Of a DNA stretch of 64,000 bases, positions 14,104-28,272 are shown one piece after another. The DNA comes from Chrysomallon squamiferum. Lineage: Eukaryota; Animalia; Mollusca. The notes under the pieces were generated by a model. It was not told where the DNA came from. It worked only from the letters and a program-made list of their open reading frames with translations, and ran no database searches. The number at the start of each line of letters is the position of its first letter. The first letter of the stretch is position 1. The stretch lies in assembly GCA_012295275.1 (NCBI GenBank), contig CM022677.1, positions 18,724,001 through 18,788,000 on the forward strand, in the 5' to 3' direction. The translations under genes and the position numbers were made by a program.

Positions 14104-14548
14104 CAATAATAATAATACTAATAATAATAATAAAAACCTTTGTTACGATGTCGATCAGGTTTTTCTCACGACCAGCACAGCAGATATTTCCATCTTCTCG
14201 AACGTCGAAGTCGTAGATGTTGTCAGTTTTGTCATCGTCGGTGAGATAAACATCTTTGCACGGAAAGCAGACGTCGTCGTCCCATTGCACAACGGTTTGA
14301 CGTTGTGACTGCACCCGTGGTGTAGTCAAAGTTAGAGATATAACGATCACCAGAAAGATGTCGATGAAAAGAAAAAGGACAATGACCTGTGTCCAGAATT
14401 TGTTTTTCTCTTTTTCTGCGTCTTTATCTTTGTCTAAATTTTCTTCTCCATTTGGTTTGATGAATGGCTCGTCACTGCTACCTGGATTACACCTTTTTCT
14501 CTGTTTCACTTCTTTGCTTTGTAACAAACTTTCGTTGTTGTGATCCAT
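12077..14548 (-). CDS. TNF-superfamily ligand (TRAIL/TNFSF10-like), copy B, intact, 302 aa
   Basis: Exons 14548-14138 (411 nt), 13890-13854 (37), 12869-12798 (72) and 12465-12077 (389), all with GT-AG boundaries, total 909 nt in frame. Basic cytoplasmic tail, TM segment FWTQVIVLFLFIDIFLVIVISLTL, stalk VCFPC...ICCAG. TNF-domain motifs SAHL, LHW, DGRIQVKTPGTCFIYAHLVF, TYQGALFELKADDSIELRV, NFGIY. Confidence 0.93.
12971..13080. mobile_element. 110-bp inverted-repeat element (MITE-like) in TNF intron 2; also at 23944-24053 and 38093-38202
   Basis: Perfect 14-bp IR CTCGGTCGATTCCG / CGGAATCGACCGAG, plus inner complementary blocks TCGGAACA/TGTTCCGA and CCTCGT/ACGAGG. Confidence 0.6.
13195..13204 (+). 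promoter_or_regulatory. NF-kB consensus site in TNF intron 2
   Basis: GGGGATTTCC fits GGGRNYYYCC. GGGATTTCC is kept at the same position in C (about 24169) and D (about 38319). Confidence 0.35.
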
Positions 14549-15628
14549 TTCTTTTCTATCTCAGAAAACTTGTATATCGCTCAGATACAAACTGCGAAAT
14601 GAGAAATGTTTGTTTGATGTTTCCTTTAAGACGTTTTGCGACCAATGAAATTATTCTACTTGAAACAGCGTCCTATCAGATCTGTGAATGGGGTGAGACA
14701 TGGCGTTTTGCCAATTACCCATTATGGTCATACTGCTCATCATGCGCTGTACACATAATATTTAAAACTTGTTATTTGGCCCCGCCTTAAACGCGATCTG
14801 ACAATCGGTGTCACTTAGAAACAAACTCCGACCTGTGACGTAGGAACTGTTTGTACACAACCTGGAATTTTTAGTTATCTGTAATACATTCTTCTTTGTA
14901 CTGTAATCCTACACTGTCATTGCAAAGTCACTGTCTACGTCACTGTATACACCCTGTGGTTCTGATTTTTTTGGCAATTATCAGTACGTAACAATTATCA
15001 GTACGATTTCAATTTCTGTCGAGTTGACGGCAAGGGAAGTAAGTCTGTTACCAAACGTTAAGCGAAAGAAATAGACTGGTTATCCCGCCTGATCTCTTTC
15101 CAAAACGGTTAAATATATAACTGAAGCAATATTGAAGGAGACTAATACAATTATAGTAACGATTTCAGTATCATCAGTATTTCATATCAACTTTTGAAAA
15201 AATACTGTCAAAACTTCTACAGTTGCGAAACTAAAAAAATCAAACCAATGCAAAACAACTGATGGTTAGATAAAAAAAAAAAGGTAATTAAAAACAAATA
15301 TATTCAACAAACATATAATAAAAAGTATAATACATCTATTAATACACAGATCATTACAATCAGAGCTCAGGATAAGTCAATTACATGCATTTAAATATTA
15401 AAATCGACTATTAAAGTCCAGTCACTCCTAATTGAAATCAGTTCCACTCCATCCCAGTGAGTTAAAAGTAATCTTTAACAAAAGTAGTTAACTTCAGCCT
15501 GGGTTCTGTTGTATTTTGTTGAAAAACATTAATTTCTAGCCAAAACCAGATTAACAGGTGTGATTTGATGTTTATCTATTTCTGGCACTTTGACAGCTGG
15601 CACACTAATACCATACTAATTACATTGT

Positions 15629-15665
<37 letters not shown>

Positions 15666-15697
15666 GCTACTACTACTACTACTACTACTACTACTGC

Positions 15698-15739
<42 letters not shown>

Positions 15740-15864
15740 AGAACAAATATAGAACAATAAAATAATTATAATAATAATAGCAGAAGTTGTAGTTGTTCTA
15801 ATGTTAGTTCTAGTGTTAGTACTAGTGAAAAATTAATAGTAGTGATAATAACGTTAAATCCACA

Positions 15865-16067
15865 AAACTGATTCTGATTAAAGTTCTGTAAGTGAAAGTT
15901 ATGTCTGTGATTTGTAAATTTGTGTTTCGTGTTTAATTATTTTCTTTTACTAAATCACGACATCTCCACTTGTTAGTTAAAGAAAATTACTGAAACCAAG
16001 AAATTTCAAACTTGTGTTTGTTTTTGTTCTTTTGAAGATTTTTAATGTCCTGCTAAGTGGGTGTAAT
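15865..16067 (-). pseudogene. Relic of TNF last-exon 3' end and 3' UTR
   Basis: Minus strand reads TPT*Q, then after a deletion DIKNLQKNKNKHKFEISWFQ* (stop 15987-15989). It is followed by the same ctaaatcacgacatctccacttgttagtt 3' UTR block as the full genes. Confidence 0.8.
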
Positions 16068-16504
16068 AACATTAATAATAATTAATTTTAGGATACACTT
16101 TAACAAATATATCTCAGAGATATCTTTCTACACCTGACTCAGTTTATTCTTGTTTCCATGGTTTCGTTGTTGGAGACAACATACAAACATACAAATGTAT
16201 AGGAAGGGTAGATAAGAAAATGACCTGAACTATGACCTTGTATTGAAAACGAAGAACATCGTAAACATGAAAATAAGTAAGTGTTTCTAGTATTGATTTA
16301 TTTTGTTTATAGTTGTTTTTGTTGTGGTTTTCTTTCTTCTTTTTTTTTTGTTGTTGTTCTTTTGTTGTCGTCGTTGTTGTATTTCATGTACATAATATTT
16401 TGTTGCCATGTGTGTCCAAGAAAGGCGTACTTTAATGTTTAGTGGGAAAATGTTGGATTCAGAGAGCTGTATCAAGAATAAGCAGATCTTTTTGTATGCA
16501 CGTG

Positions 16505-16538
<34 letters not shown>

Positions 16539-16871
16539 CCTTTGTTTCTATTTCATAAACTTGTATCCAATTTAAGTTTTTAAAAATTGTTATCTATTTT
16601 TAAAATTTTATTTATTAATAAAATTATTTTTTTTACATTTATTTATTCATTAATTAATTTTCGTACTGAAAATTTATGTATTAAATTAATTAATCATCAG
16701 TAATGCGTAAGGTTGGTTATTACTTTTTTTTTTCGCCCCAGAATTCAGTTGGGGTTTACCCACCCATTAAAAATAGATGTTGAGATTTGCTCTGGTTCAA
16801 ATGTGTCTGATAACATCAGATTATTAAACACCTTTAAATAAAACTAACATAATTTAATACTAAATCAGTAC

Positions 16872-16951
<80 letters not shown>

Positions 16952-17008
16952 TTCTCTGTCTCTCTCTCTGTCTCTCTCTGTCTCTCTCTGTCTCTCTGTC
17001 TCTTTCTG

Positions 17009-17180
<172 letters not shown>

Positions 17181-17783
17181 CGTGACATTTATATGAGAAT
17201 ATTTTTTTCTAGATTACGCCTTGCAAGGTTATCTACGTTCAATCGATACAAGATTTTTCAAGATGTCTCTGTCATATCCTGCGATATCTTGTTTCAGTCG
17301 ACATAAATGTTAATCTCTTCAAGACATTCGTTGAGAGAGACTCGTAAATACATGTCAGAGTTTATTCTTATCTTTATAACTTGTCTTTTGTTTGTTTATC
17401 TGCGAAAACTGACAAAATTTAGTCATCGCCTTTTTAACTATTGTTTAGTTCATTGTCACTGTTACAGAGTGTATGTCAAATGAAAAAATAAAACAAAAAA
17501 AGTACGAAGCCAAGATAAGTCACTCTAAATTTGAACGCTCGAATGAATTCTTAATTGATCACACAATTCTTGGAAGTGTTTTTTTTCATTTTTATTCATT
17601 GCGAATCCTGTTATTGTTGTCGTCGTAGTGGTTGTTGTAGTAGTAGTGAAAACAGCGACAATAATGAAAATAAGGATTCACTTGATATGTTTTCATTTTT
17701 GACAGGCTCAATTTATATATGTTTACATATTATTAATTAATAAAAACAACAACAACAACAACAACAGCAATAACAACACTACC

Positions 17784-17852
<69 letters not shown>

Positions 17853-19059
17853 CATGATAATGATAATGATGATGACAATGATTTTAGCTATATAAAGACA
17901 ACTCTACGCTAAAAACTTTTTATAAGAGTTATTCGTATTTTCTTAACATGTATAATCCAGTTTTATTTAAAGAAATGTAAGAAATCTGAATAAAATTTCG
18001 ATTCCCCACGCCGATTTTCCAGCCAAGGGAAGTAACTCTGTTTATCAAATATTAGCTAAATGAAAACCCTTAATATACCGCCTGATCTCTAATCAGACTG
18101 GTTTATATATATATATATATATATATAACTGAATCTATATTCATGAAGAAGAATATAACCATTATAACGATTTCAGTATTATTGTTATTTCAGATCAATG
18201 GTTAAAGAAATATTGCAAATGCAAGTACCTAATGATACATTTATTTTAATGATTTTAAAAGATATATATTTTTGTCCGAAACATTAGTACTCAAGTACTT
18301 ACTTACTTAATTAATTAATTAAATATGTTATTTACATCTTCTTGTTTTACATTTTATTATTTTAAATGTTTTCCTTATTTAATTCTGTCTAAAGAAACAG
18401 CTGAAGGCAATTTCATAGTGAACATTTTATGATAACCAATTTATAAATATAACAGTTAATATACTCATATCCTTGGTAAAAAAAAAAAATAAAAAAAAAT
18501 AAAAATAAAAAATAAAAAATCACGCACACCCTGATGCGTGTGAAAAGAACAAAGAGAGAAATAAAAATTTAAAAAATGAAATGTTGAAGATATAAGTGCA
18601 TTTATACGTTGGTTGTTGTTTTTCTATTTTTGGTTGGTTTTTCTAATAATTGCAAAGTCATTGTGAAAGTCAGTATATACACCCAGTGATTCGGACTTTG
18701 CCAGTTATTTTTAATAACAGTAGACTTAGTCTTTTCTGTAATTTATATCTTACAGTCAACATGTGAAACTAGACATTTGACCTGACGCCGTAGGCGATGG
18801 GACACTACGCCCTAGACGACGTGACACGAGGTCTAATGAGAAAATGAGAGCAATTCAGGCAGACAGTCAAATGGGTTTAGTGCTTGTTTACAACTGTTCA
18901 TTGTAGGGATTAGTGGTTCAATTGAGTTCTTTATTATTGTAAGCTTTACAGCCTATTGATATACAATTTCAATAAAAATGCAAGAAATATAAATAGTGAC
19001 AATATGATAAAAAGAAAAAAATTATTTGGAGAATATAAATAATATAGCACGTAAGTTAT

Positions 19060-19515
19060 ATCTAACAAATCTAAACTTTATGACATTAAAATGCTTTAAT
19101 CAAATATTTTCCCAAATTACACAGTGATTTCTTATGTTCAATCTCATCTCACCACTGTTACATAATCTACTTTTTTCTTCTGTTCTCTCACTATTCCTGC
19201 ATCTCCCAGTCTCATTTGTCAGCTGATGTGCAGATTCACTTTTGTCAAGTATCTTTTATAAATCATTGGTACAGATTTAACTAAAGGAAACTGAATTGTT
19301 ACACCATCTGTGATGTATTTACATAACTTGTTACATTTCACAGATGTATTTAACTGAATTGAAAGGTTCTGCCTTGCTAAGTCATGTATCGTTTGCTTAA
19401 TTATGTATAAATATTTTTCAATATTTTCATTAATCTGTGTATCCCAGTCCCAATTCATGTAAAGTTTTCCTGATAAAAGTCACCCAGTTATTTGTTTATG
19501 ATATAAAATACGGTG
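19060..19515 (-). mobile_element. LINE ORF2 3' fragment, paralog of 690-1400
   Basis: NWDWDTQ...IKQTIHDLARQ...SVKC...KRYLTK, with nucleotide similarity to 880-1230. Confidence 0.7.
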
Positions 19516-20341
19516 TCAGGGCATTTCCCCCCCCATCGGATATTTCCGTCCGGGTATTTCCCATCGGGTATTCCCCTCTACGTCATTTGCCCCGGTCACA
19601 CAATTGTCGGCCCTTCTACCTATCAAATATCCGAACTATACTATACTATATCAACTATATTATATTATGAGTATTGTCGTCTTTAATATCTAATTTACTG
19701 CAGTTTGATATGTGATATCTTTGATATCAAATTAACTTAATAAAAAACACCAACATCAACAACTGCTGACTGCTCAGCTTACGTAAAAAACAATGGTTAC
19801 TTCTACTCGAGGCAAAAACATTTTGATTCATGATGATTACGTCTCTCTGTGTCACGGAATTCAGATTAAGTAACACATTTTTTTTCTGTAACACTCGCCT
19901 ATTCAGTTTCAACCTAAAATAACTGTATAACAAAGCAACGAAAGCTACATGTAGCCTGATAGCTAAAAGTCGATAGAATGATCTCTCTATCTACTGTAAA
20001 GTTGATTTATTTAACACACTAAGACAGCCAGTTTTATTGTACTGTTGGGAAATATCGGGTTTTACAAATATACAACTAATATAAACACTGCACATGAAAT
20101 TTGGTTACATAATGAAGGATAATTAGACAGATAGACGCATCGATAGAAATCTCACTGTAACACTAAAAGCATTAAAATGGTAAAATGTCGTGATAATATA
20201 TCAGATGAATTATTAAAATAACTTTACAAATTTTAAACTTTTTTAATGATGCGCGGAATGACGTCACATATTGTTAAAGTTTTCAAATGAAACAGAAGAC
20301 TTACAAAACGTAAAATGTCATACTTAATATGATACTACTAG

Positions 20342-20373
<32 letters not shown>

Positions 20374-20853
20374 ATACTAATACTACTATTGCTACTACTA
20401 CTACTACTACTAAACAGCTACTACTATCATCATCAGTATTTAATTTACTTATTAATCAGTGGTGATTTATTTGTATAATATTGGAAAACGTATTTGTTGA
20501 TTTACTTATTTATTTATTTCTTAGAAAGAACTAAGGTTGGCTTATACAGAGTGTATCTGTAGGTAGTAAATATAAAACTGCAAAGTAAACTTTACTCCTG
20601 ACAAAACCAGTTACTATGTCACATTGTTTCAGTAATACGTTAATTATACGCGAGCTAACTAAATATATATAGATTAAGGAAATGATACTGTCAGTATCAA
20701 AAAACGAAAATACTGTTTATAAAGGAATTTTATATACAAGACCTAGATGTTCTTACCTACATCCGTAGTAATAGTGTAACGATGTTGATATCAGTAGTAG
20801 TAGTAAAGCTGTAGCAGCAACAGTAGCATTAGCAGTCGTAGCAATAGCAGTGT

Positions 20854-20904
<51 letters not shown>

Positions 20905-21071
20905 CAGTAGTAGTAGTTGTAGTGGTAGTAATAGTAGTAGTAGTAGTAGTAGTAATAGTAGTACTAGTAGTAGTAGTAGTAGTAGCAGTAGTAGTAGTAG
21001 TAGTAGTAGTAGTAGCTTCAGATAAGTAAATATATTAATGCCATACCCCACCCGTTATATAAGCAAAACCC

Positions 21072-21465
21072 GACCTGGCTGTTTTATTTAACTGATATAT
21101 ATGAATATCAGACCTGGCTGTTTTATTTAACTGATGTATATAAATATCAGACCTGGCTGTTTTATTTAACTGATATATATAAATATCAGACCTGGCTGTT
21201 TTATTTAACTGATGTATATAAATATCAGACCTGGCTGTTTTATTTAACTGATATATATAAATATCAGACCTGGCTGTTTTATTTAACTGATATATATAAA
21301 TATCAGACCTGGCTGTTTTATTTAACTGATATATAAATATCAGACCTGGACCTGCTGTTTTATTTAACTGATATATATAAATATCAGACCTGGCTGTTTT
21401 ATTTAACTGATGTATATAAATATCAGACCTGGCTGTTTTATTTAACTGATATATATAAATATCAG
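21072..21465. repeat. 39-bp minisatellite, about 10 units
   Basis: Unit gacctggctgttttatttaactgatatatataaatatca. Confidence 0.95.
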
Positions 21466-21658
21466 TTTACTAAATAAGGCCGTGGTTTGAAATTGACACC
21501 TCAGTTCTCTTCAAGCGGGTATATTAGATCTCCTGTTTGAGTGTTTGTCTCATTGAACTGAAACTTGGATTACACAGCAACACAGCCTGATTGTCATGGC
21601 TTGGTTAGGAAATACAGAACCTGGTAAGAACTCCATTTTGTTTGATTTAATTTGCATT

Positions 21659-21817
<159 letters not shown>

Positions 21818-22119
21818 ACTCACTCACTCACTCTCTCTCTCATATAGGGGGTCATTAAATATGTTTATCCCTGAATGTAAATTAGCACACCTCAGTAAGT
21901 ATTTGAATATACAAGTATGTGAAATAACGTAAAGATTAGCAGGAAGTTGACGTCACAGTCAGTTGATAACGTCACTACTGTGTTACCTCTGCTTGCAATT
22001 ACACAGGATCAGTGTTCAAATCTGACTGCCCTCTATTTCCAATCACTGTTTTAGAGAAAATAACTAGGGAATACTTTGTTCATTCTGATCTCATAATAAT
22101 GGTTACAATACTTCAATAC

Positions 22120-22170
<51 letters not shown>

Positions 22171-22293
22171 TAGATACTACCATACACACACATATACATA
22201 CATATATACATACATTCACTCACACATACATAAATACATACAAATATATCTATCTATCTATCTATCTATAAATATATATATATATATATATAT

Positions 22294-22375
<82 letters not shown>

Positions 22376-23125
22376 GTACGTAACCTACTAGTTACTCACT
22401 ACATAAAATCACGTGTCTAAGGAATAAAGAAACAAGACGAGGTTTCAAATTAAAGGATTTAATATTAAGTCTGACATTTACAACATCTAACGTCTCCAAG
22501 GAGGACAAACTGACAAGACTGACAAAACTAATCATAATCAAAATTCTACAGTTACAAAAGAAAAATAATCAAACCAACACAAAACAAAACAAAATCAAAC
22601 CAAGCCAAAAGAAAACAACTGATGGTTACTTTAAAAAAAAAGTCAACAACGTAATACATGTATTAATATACGGTTCATTAGAAAGAGAACTGAAGATAAC
22701 TCAATTACATGCATTTAGGTATTAATATCAACTGTTAAAGTTCAGAACTGATATCAGTTCCATTCAATCGCAACGTGTTGAAAGTAATCTTAAACAAAAA
22801 CAATTAACTTCATCATGGGTTCTGTTATCTTTTGTAGAAAACCATAAACCCTAGATAACACCAGATTAACATGTGTGATTTGATGTCTATTTCATGTTTA
22901 TCTAAGTTTATCTAGTAGGATTATTATTATTATTATTATTATTATTAGTAGTAGTAGTAGTAGTAGTAGTTGTAGTAGTAGTAGTAGTAATATTAAATTC
23001 ACAAAACTGATTCTCATGAAACTTTTGTAAGTGAAAGTTATGTCTCTGCTTTTTAAGTTTGTGTTTCGTGTTTAATCATTTTCTTTTACTAAATCACGTC
23101 ATCTCTACTTGTTAGTTATAGAAAA

Positions 23126-23518
23126 TTACTGAAAGCAATAAATTCCGAAGTTGTGTTCGTTGATGTCCTTTTCAAGATGTTTAGTGGTCTGCACGCGTAG
23201 TTCAATACTGTCGTCTGCTTTCAGTTCAAACAGCGCGCCTTGGTAAGTGGGAGTAAACCCTGCTGTCCCTGATGACGTCACACAAACGTGAGAGTTGAAA
23301 AGTTCGAGTAATTTCTCTTCGTGTTTCCCGCCATTTCTAAGCCAGATGGAATGAACAGAAGTGGCGACGTCTTGTGTTTGGTTGTTCACGAAAACAAGAT
23401 GAGCGTAAATAAAGCACGTGCCAGGCGTTTTTACTTGAATGCGGCCATCTTTGTAGATCATCTTCTTCCCAATGATCGAAGAGTTTTGTTTCCAGTGGAG
23501 AATATTCTGTCCTTCTGC

Positions 23519-23571
<53 letters not shown>

Positions 23572-24722
23572 TGTTTAGCAAATTCTCTTTTTCTCTGTTT
23601 CCTTCATACACACCTATACATACACATTAAAGCTAGAACCTCTAATAAATTATTATTATTATTATTATTTTACAAGAAATAGCTAATATGGTAACATAAT
23701 GAAGACATCTGTTATTTAAAAATGATATTTAATACTTTAATAATTCATTACTGTTTAACCTTTGATGAACTTTGACCTCACCTGACCTCACCCAGTCAAT
23801 TTCGCGTAGATATGCTGAGCGGTCACTCTCCCCATCAAAACGTGATTCAGAATCTAAAAAAAAAAAAATATATATATATATATTTCGACGTTTATGTTTT
23901 TAAGTACTACATTTAGCACACGCACACTCTATATTGAGCATATCTCGGTCGATTCCGGTCAGTCGGAACACCTCGTCACATTCCGCTACGCTCATATTTC
24001 AAAGAAATGTACGAAATGTTCCGAATGTATAACGACGTAGGGAATCGACCGAGTTGTAACGAATCCCGCCTCTACAAAAATTTCCTTATTACTCAGCGGT
24101 TAGCACGAAGTCGGGATTGTTTAGTTATTCACTGCCCACTGCGCATAACACGTCTAATTATAGAACCTGGGATTTCCGCTCTGATGAATGAAAATAGAAT
24201 ATATTAATGTTTATAGGATCACTGATAGCAAATTAATTCACAGTTCATACATTATTAACACGACCTGTCGGGCTAGTTAGAAACAGTTGTGATTAGACCG
24301 AACCAGTCGTTTACTAGACAATGTCGTTCAGACGTGCCTTACTGTCGGAGCCTGAATATATAGTTTAACACATACCTGTGTGTTTTCTGGGTTTTTTTTC
24401 TTTGTTTGTATGTGTATGTATATAAATGTTGTGTGTGTGTGTGTGTGTGTGTGTCACAAATATCAGTTTTAGACAGGGGCAAAAATGTATTAAGAATATT
24501 ATTGTATTTTAACAAATGAGTTTTTAGTTTTGAATGTTTTGAGAATATTATTGTCTATTCAGAATTTTTGGCTTTGGCTCTTTCTGGTACTGTGTTTCTA
24601 CAAACTGCGAATAAATAGAAATGTAGAAAAGAATCAACATATTTTGGTTGATATGTAAGAACATACATATATACATACATACATACATCATCAACAACAG
24701 CAACAACAAGCATAACAATAAC

Positions 24723-24802
<80 letters not shown>

Positions 24803-25212
24803 CCTTTGTTACGATGTCGATCAGGTTTCGCTCACGACCAGCACAGCAGATATTTCCATCTTCTCGAACGTCGAAGTCGTAGATGTTGTCAGTTTTGTCA
24901 TCGTCGGTGAGATAAACATCTTTGCATGGAAAGCAGACGTCGTCGTCCCATTGCACAACGGTTTGACGTTGTGACTGCACCCGTGGTGTAGTGAAAGTTA
25001 GAGATATAACGATCACCAGAAAGATGTCGATGAAAAGAAAAAGGACAATGACCTCTGTCCAGAATTTTTTTCTCTTTTTCTGCGTCTTTATCTTTGTCTA
25101 AATTTTCTTCTCCATTTGGTTTGATGAGTGGCTCGTCACTGCTACCTGGATTACACCTTTCTCTCTGTTTCACTTCTTTGTTTTGTAACAAATTTTCGTT
25201 GTTATGATCCAT
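23126..25212 (-). pseudogene. TNF-superfamily ligand, copy C; disrupted as assembled, possibly intact in vivo
   Basis: Exon 1 25212-24804 is 409 nt, 2 nt short at the T-run 25065-25071, giving a frameshift. Exon 2 starts at 24604 but lacks its GT donor. Exon 3 23853-23782 (72) and exon 4 23514-23126 (389) are fully open. Confidence 0.8.
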
Positions 25213-26329
25213 TTCTTTTCTTTCTCAGAAAACATGTATATTTCAGATCGAACTGAAAATGTTTGTTTGATGTTTTCTTTTAAAACGTTTTCCAATGAAA
25301 TGATTAAACTTGAAACACCGTCCTATATGATCAGTGAATGGGATGAGACATGGCGTTGTGGCGATTTCGCAGTTCTCAATGACATTTATGACAGTCACTC
25401 ATCTTTGCGGTCTACAGTTAATATTTCAAACTTGTCATTTGACCAAATAATTTAAACTCAATCTGATAAACGCCAAATCGGACTGATATTTAGGAACTGT
25501 TTATCAACCTTATTTTTAATTATAAACAATACATTTTTCCTGAAACCCTACACTGACAAAGGAACTGTTTATACTGTTTACAACCTGTGATTCTGAATTT
25601 GGCAAATATTTCGATTTCAGATACTGAATTTTTTTGTTTAGTTTAGTTTTTGGTGTTGTAGTAGTTGTTGTTTTCGTCGTCGTCGTGGTAGTAGTAGTAT
25701 TATAAACAACAAGTATCAAAAAGGATGATTCAGCAGATGTCCTTTCAGTTTTGACAGACTCCATTTATATATAATTAACTAATAAAAAGAACAACAATAG
25801 CAACAACAGCAGCAACAACAACGACAACAACGACAACAATAATAATAATAATAATGACGATGAACTTAAATTTATAATGACAACTCTGCGCCAAATACTA
25901 AATAAATAAATAAACGTTTTGTGTGTGTTATACGTGTATTCTTAAGACATGTATAATCCACTTTTATTTAAACAAATAACAATTATCTATACGATTTTAT
26001 AACAATTCCAGTATCATTTTTATTTCAATAGTTGAATTTATTTATTTATTTATTTATTTATTTATATTTTTATTTATGCTCTTTACATTATTTTATTTTA
26101 ATTTTTCCTGTTATTTATAATCTGTTTATTACTCAATTATTTTTCTAAAGAAACAGCTGAAGGCAATTACAGAGTGAACATTTTATAAAAACAACTTAAC
26201 AAAGTTAACAGTTGATATATTTATTTTCTTGGGCATACCTAATGACATACAGTCATGTATGTATATAGGTATGTATGTATGTATGTATGTATGTATGTAT
26301 GTATGTATGTATGTATGTGTCTGTCTCTT

Positions 26330-26423
<94 letters not shown>

Positions 26424-28237
26424 CTTTCTCTCTCGTTTTTCTTCCCTATGTGAAATGTTTATACACGATATCGTCCATCCAACCAGTGGTTTTCAGTTTT
26501 GTTATTATCTATAATACATTGTTCTCTGTACTGTAATCCTGTAGTTTATAAGAATAAACTTGATGTCATTGTCAAAGACATTGCAACGTCATATAAAGTG
26601 ATTGCAAAGTTATTTTGAAAGTCACTGTCAATGTCATTGCAAAGTAATTGTGAAAGTCATTGTATGCACCCAGATTTCCCACTTTGCCTGTTATTTTTAG
26701 TAGCAGTAATTTTTACAGTCAACACGTGCAGCTAGACATTTGACGTAATGCCCAAGACCGTGAAGCTCTAGGCGTAATGACAAAATGATATCAATTCAGG
26801 CAGTTAGTCAAATGGATTTAATGTTTGGTTTACATGTGTTTATTGTAGAGATATGTGGACCAATTCAATTCTTTATCACTGTAATCTTTACAGCCTTTTG
26901 ATACGTAATTTCAATAAAAATGCAAGAAGTACAGAGAGTGACAGGGTAATAAAACAAAATATATTAAAAAAACAACATTTGGAGAATATAAATAATATAA
27001 AAGAACAATCCGTTACTGAGATACTGGTAAAAGGGAGAATACAGTAGTTGATGCATTTTAATGATTTTGTTGTAATAATAACCATATAGTAAAAACGCGT
27101 TAATATGAAATGTTTTGTGTGAATGTACCTTTAGATTTATTACGAGGCGTTCATTGATACGTCTGCACCGAGCATGGTACGATTGTGAAGAGATTGTATA
27201 GTTGAAATTAGTTACTAAACTTTTAGAATGTTCTGTACAAACACGAGTGTCACATTACCTAATATGTGAAGAGTCACAAGTTATCTGTAACAGTAAACTC
27301 ATAAAAAATCTATAAATATTAACAACTAAAAAATACAAGTAAAAGATTTATTTATTTATTTATTTATTTATTTTATTTTATTTTTATTACTTTTTATTTA
27401 TTAATTTATTATTTTTAACGGTTATGGTTCACATACAATTCGAAGGAACAACAAAAGAAAAAAGATAAAACATTATTATAACAATTTACAAGTTTTTAAA
27501 AGAGACTACGGTTTTTTTGTTTTTGTTGTTTTGGCGTCTGTATGTCTGTATATCTATGTGGTTGTATATCCGAATCAGTGCGTGACTGCATGTGGTATGC
27601 GTGCACACACGCACACACATTTACATACTAAAAGGGCCTCGCTTTGGCAGCGAGATATTTTCACAAAACTTTATCAAAGTAAAATGGAGAAGACAGCTTT
27701 AAAGATGTAACACTTATTTTTAGAACTGCCATTAGTGTAATAGACCAGAAACTAAATATATTTATCTAATAAGTTACAGACATCAGAAATTAAAGTTTTG
27801 AATAGAAACAGTAGAAGAATCATTGTTTTAAATTTATATCACGAGTCACAATAAATAAAATGTATTTAACAATAATTTTTAGGCACTGTAATAACATTTT
27901 GAAAAACAAGTGGTCCTTGCTAATGATTTTTGAACATATTAAACCTAATTATTTAAAATTATTTATCCTGTTTTTATATGAAATAGTAGCGAGTTTTCTT
28001 TTAGCTGTATATATGTGTCTGGGTGTGTGCGTGTTTGTGTGTATGTTTGTGTGTGTGCTTGTGCGTATATGTGTTTCTGTGTGTGTTTGCGTGTGTGTGT
28101 GTGTGTTGGTGTGTATGTCTGTACTGGTGACACTGAACTGAACGGACAAGTAACAAAGACACACAAAGACTTTGTCCAACTTGTTGCACTCCTTTTTAAC
28201 TTGAGTCATTCCACTGTAAATTTCAGCGCACAGTTTT

Positions 28238-28272
<35 letters not shown>

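Noticed and set aside
13850-14548. 232-aa single-exon ORF as the real product (also 38718-39335 and 56995-57597)
   Set aside because: A conserved AAG|GT donor and in-frame downstream exons explain it; the tail is intronic microsatellite.
12077-14548. Assigning the symbol TNFSF10 or eiger
   Set aside because: The similarity is family-level; orthology needs a phylogeny.
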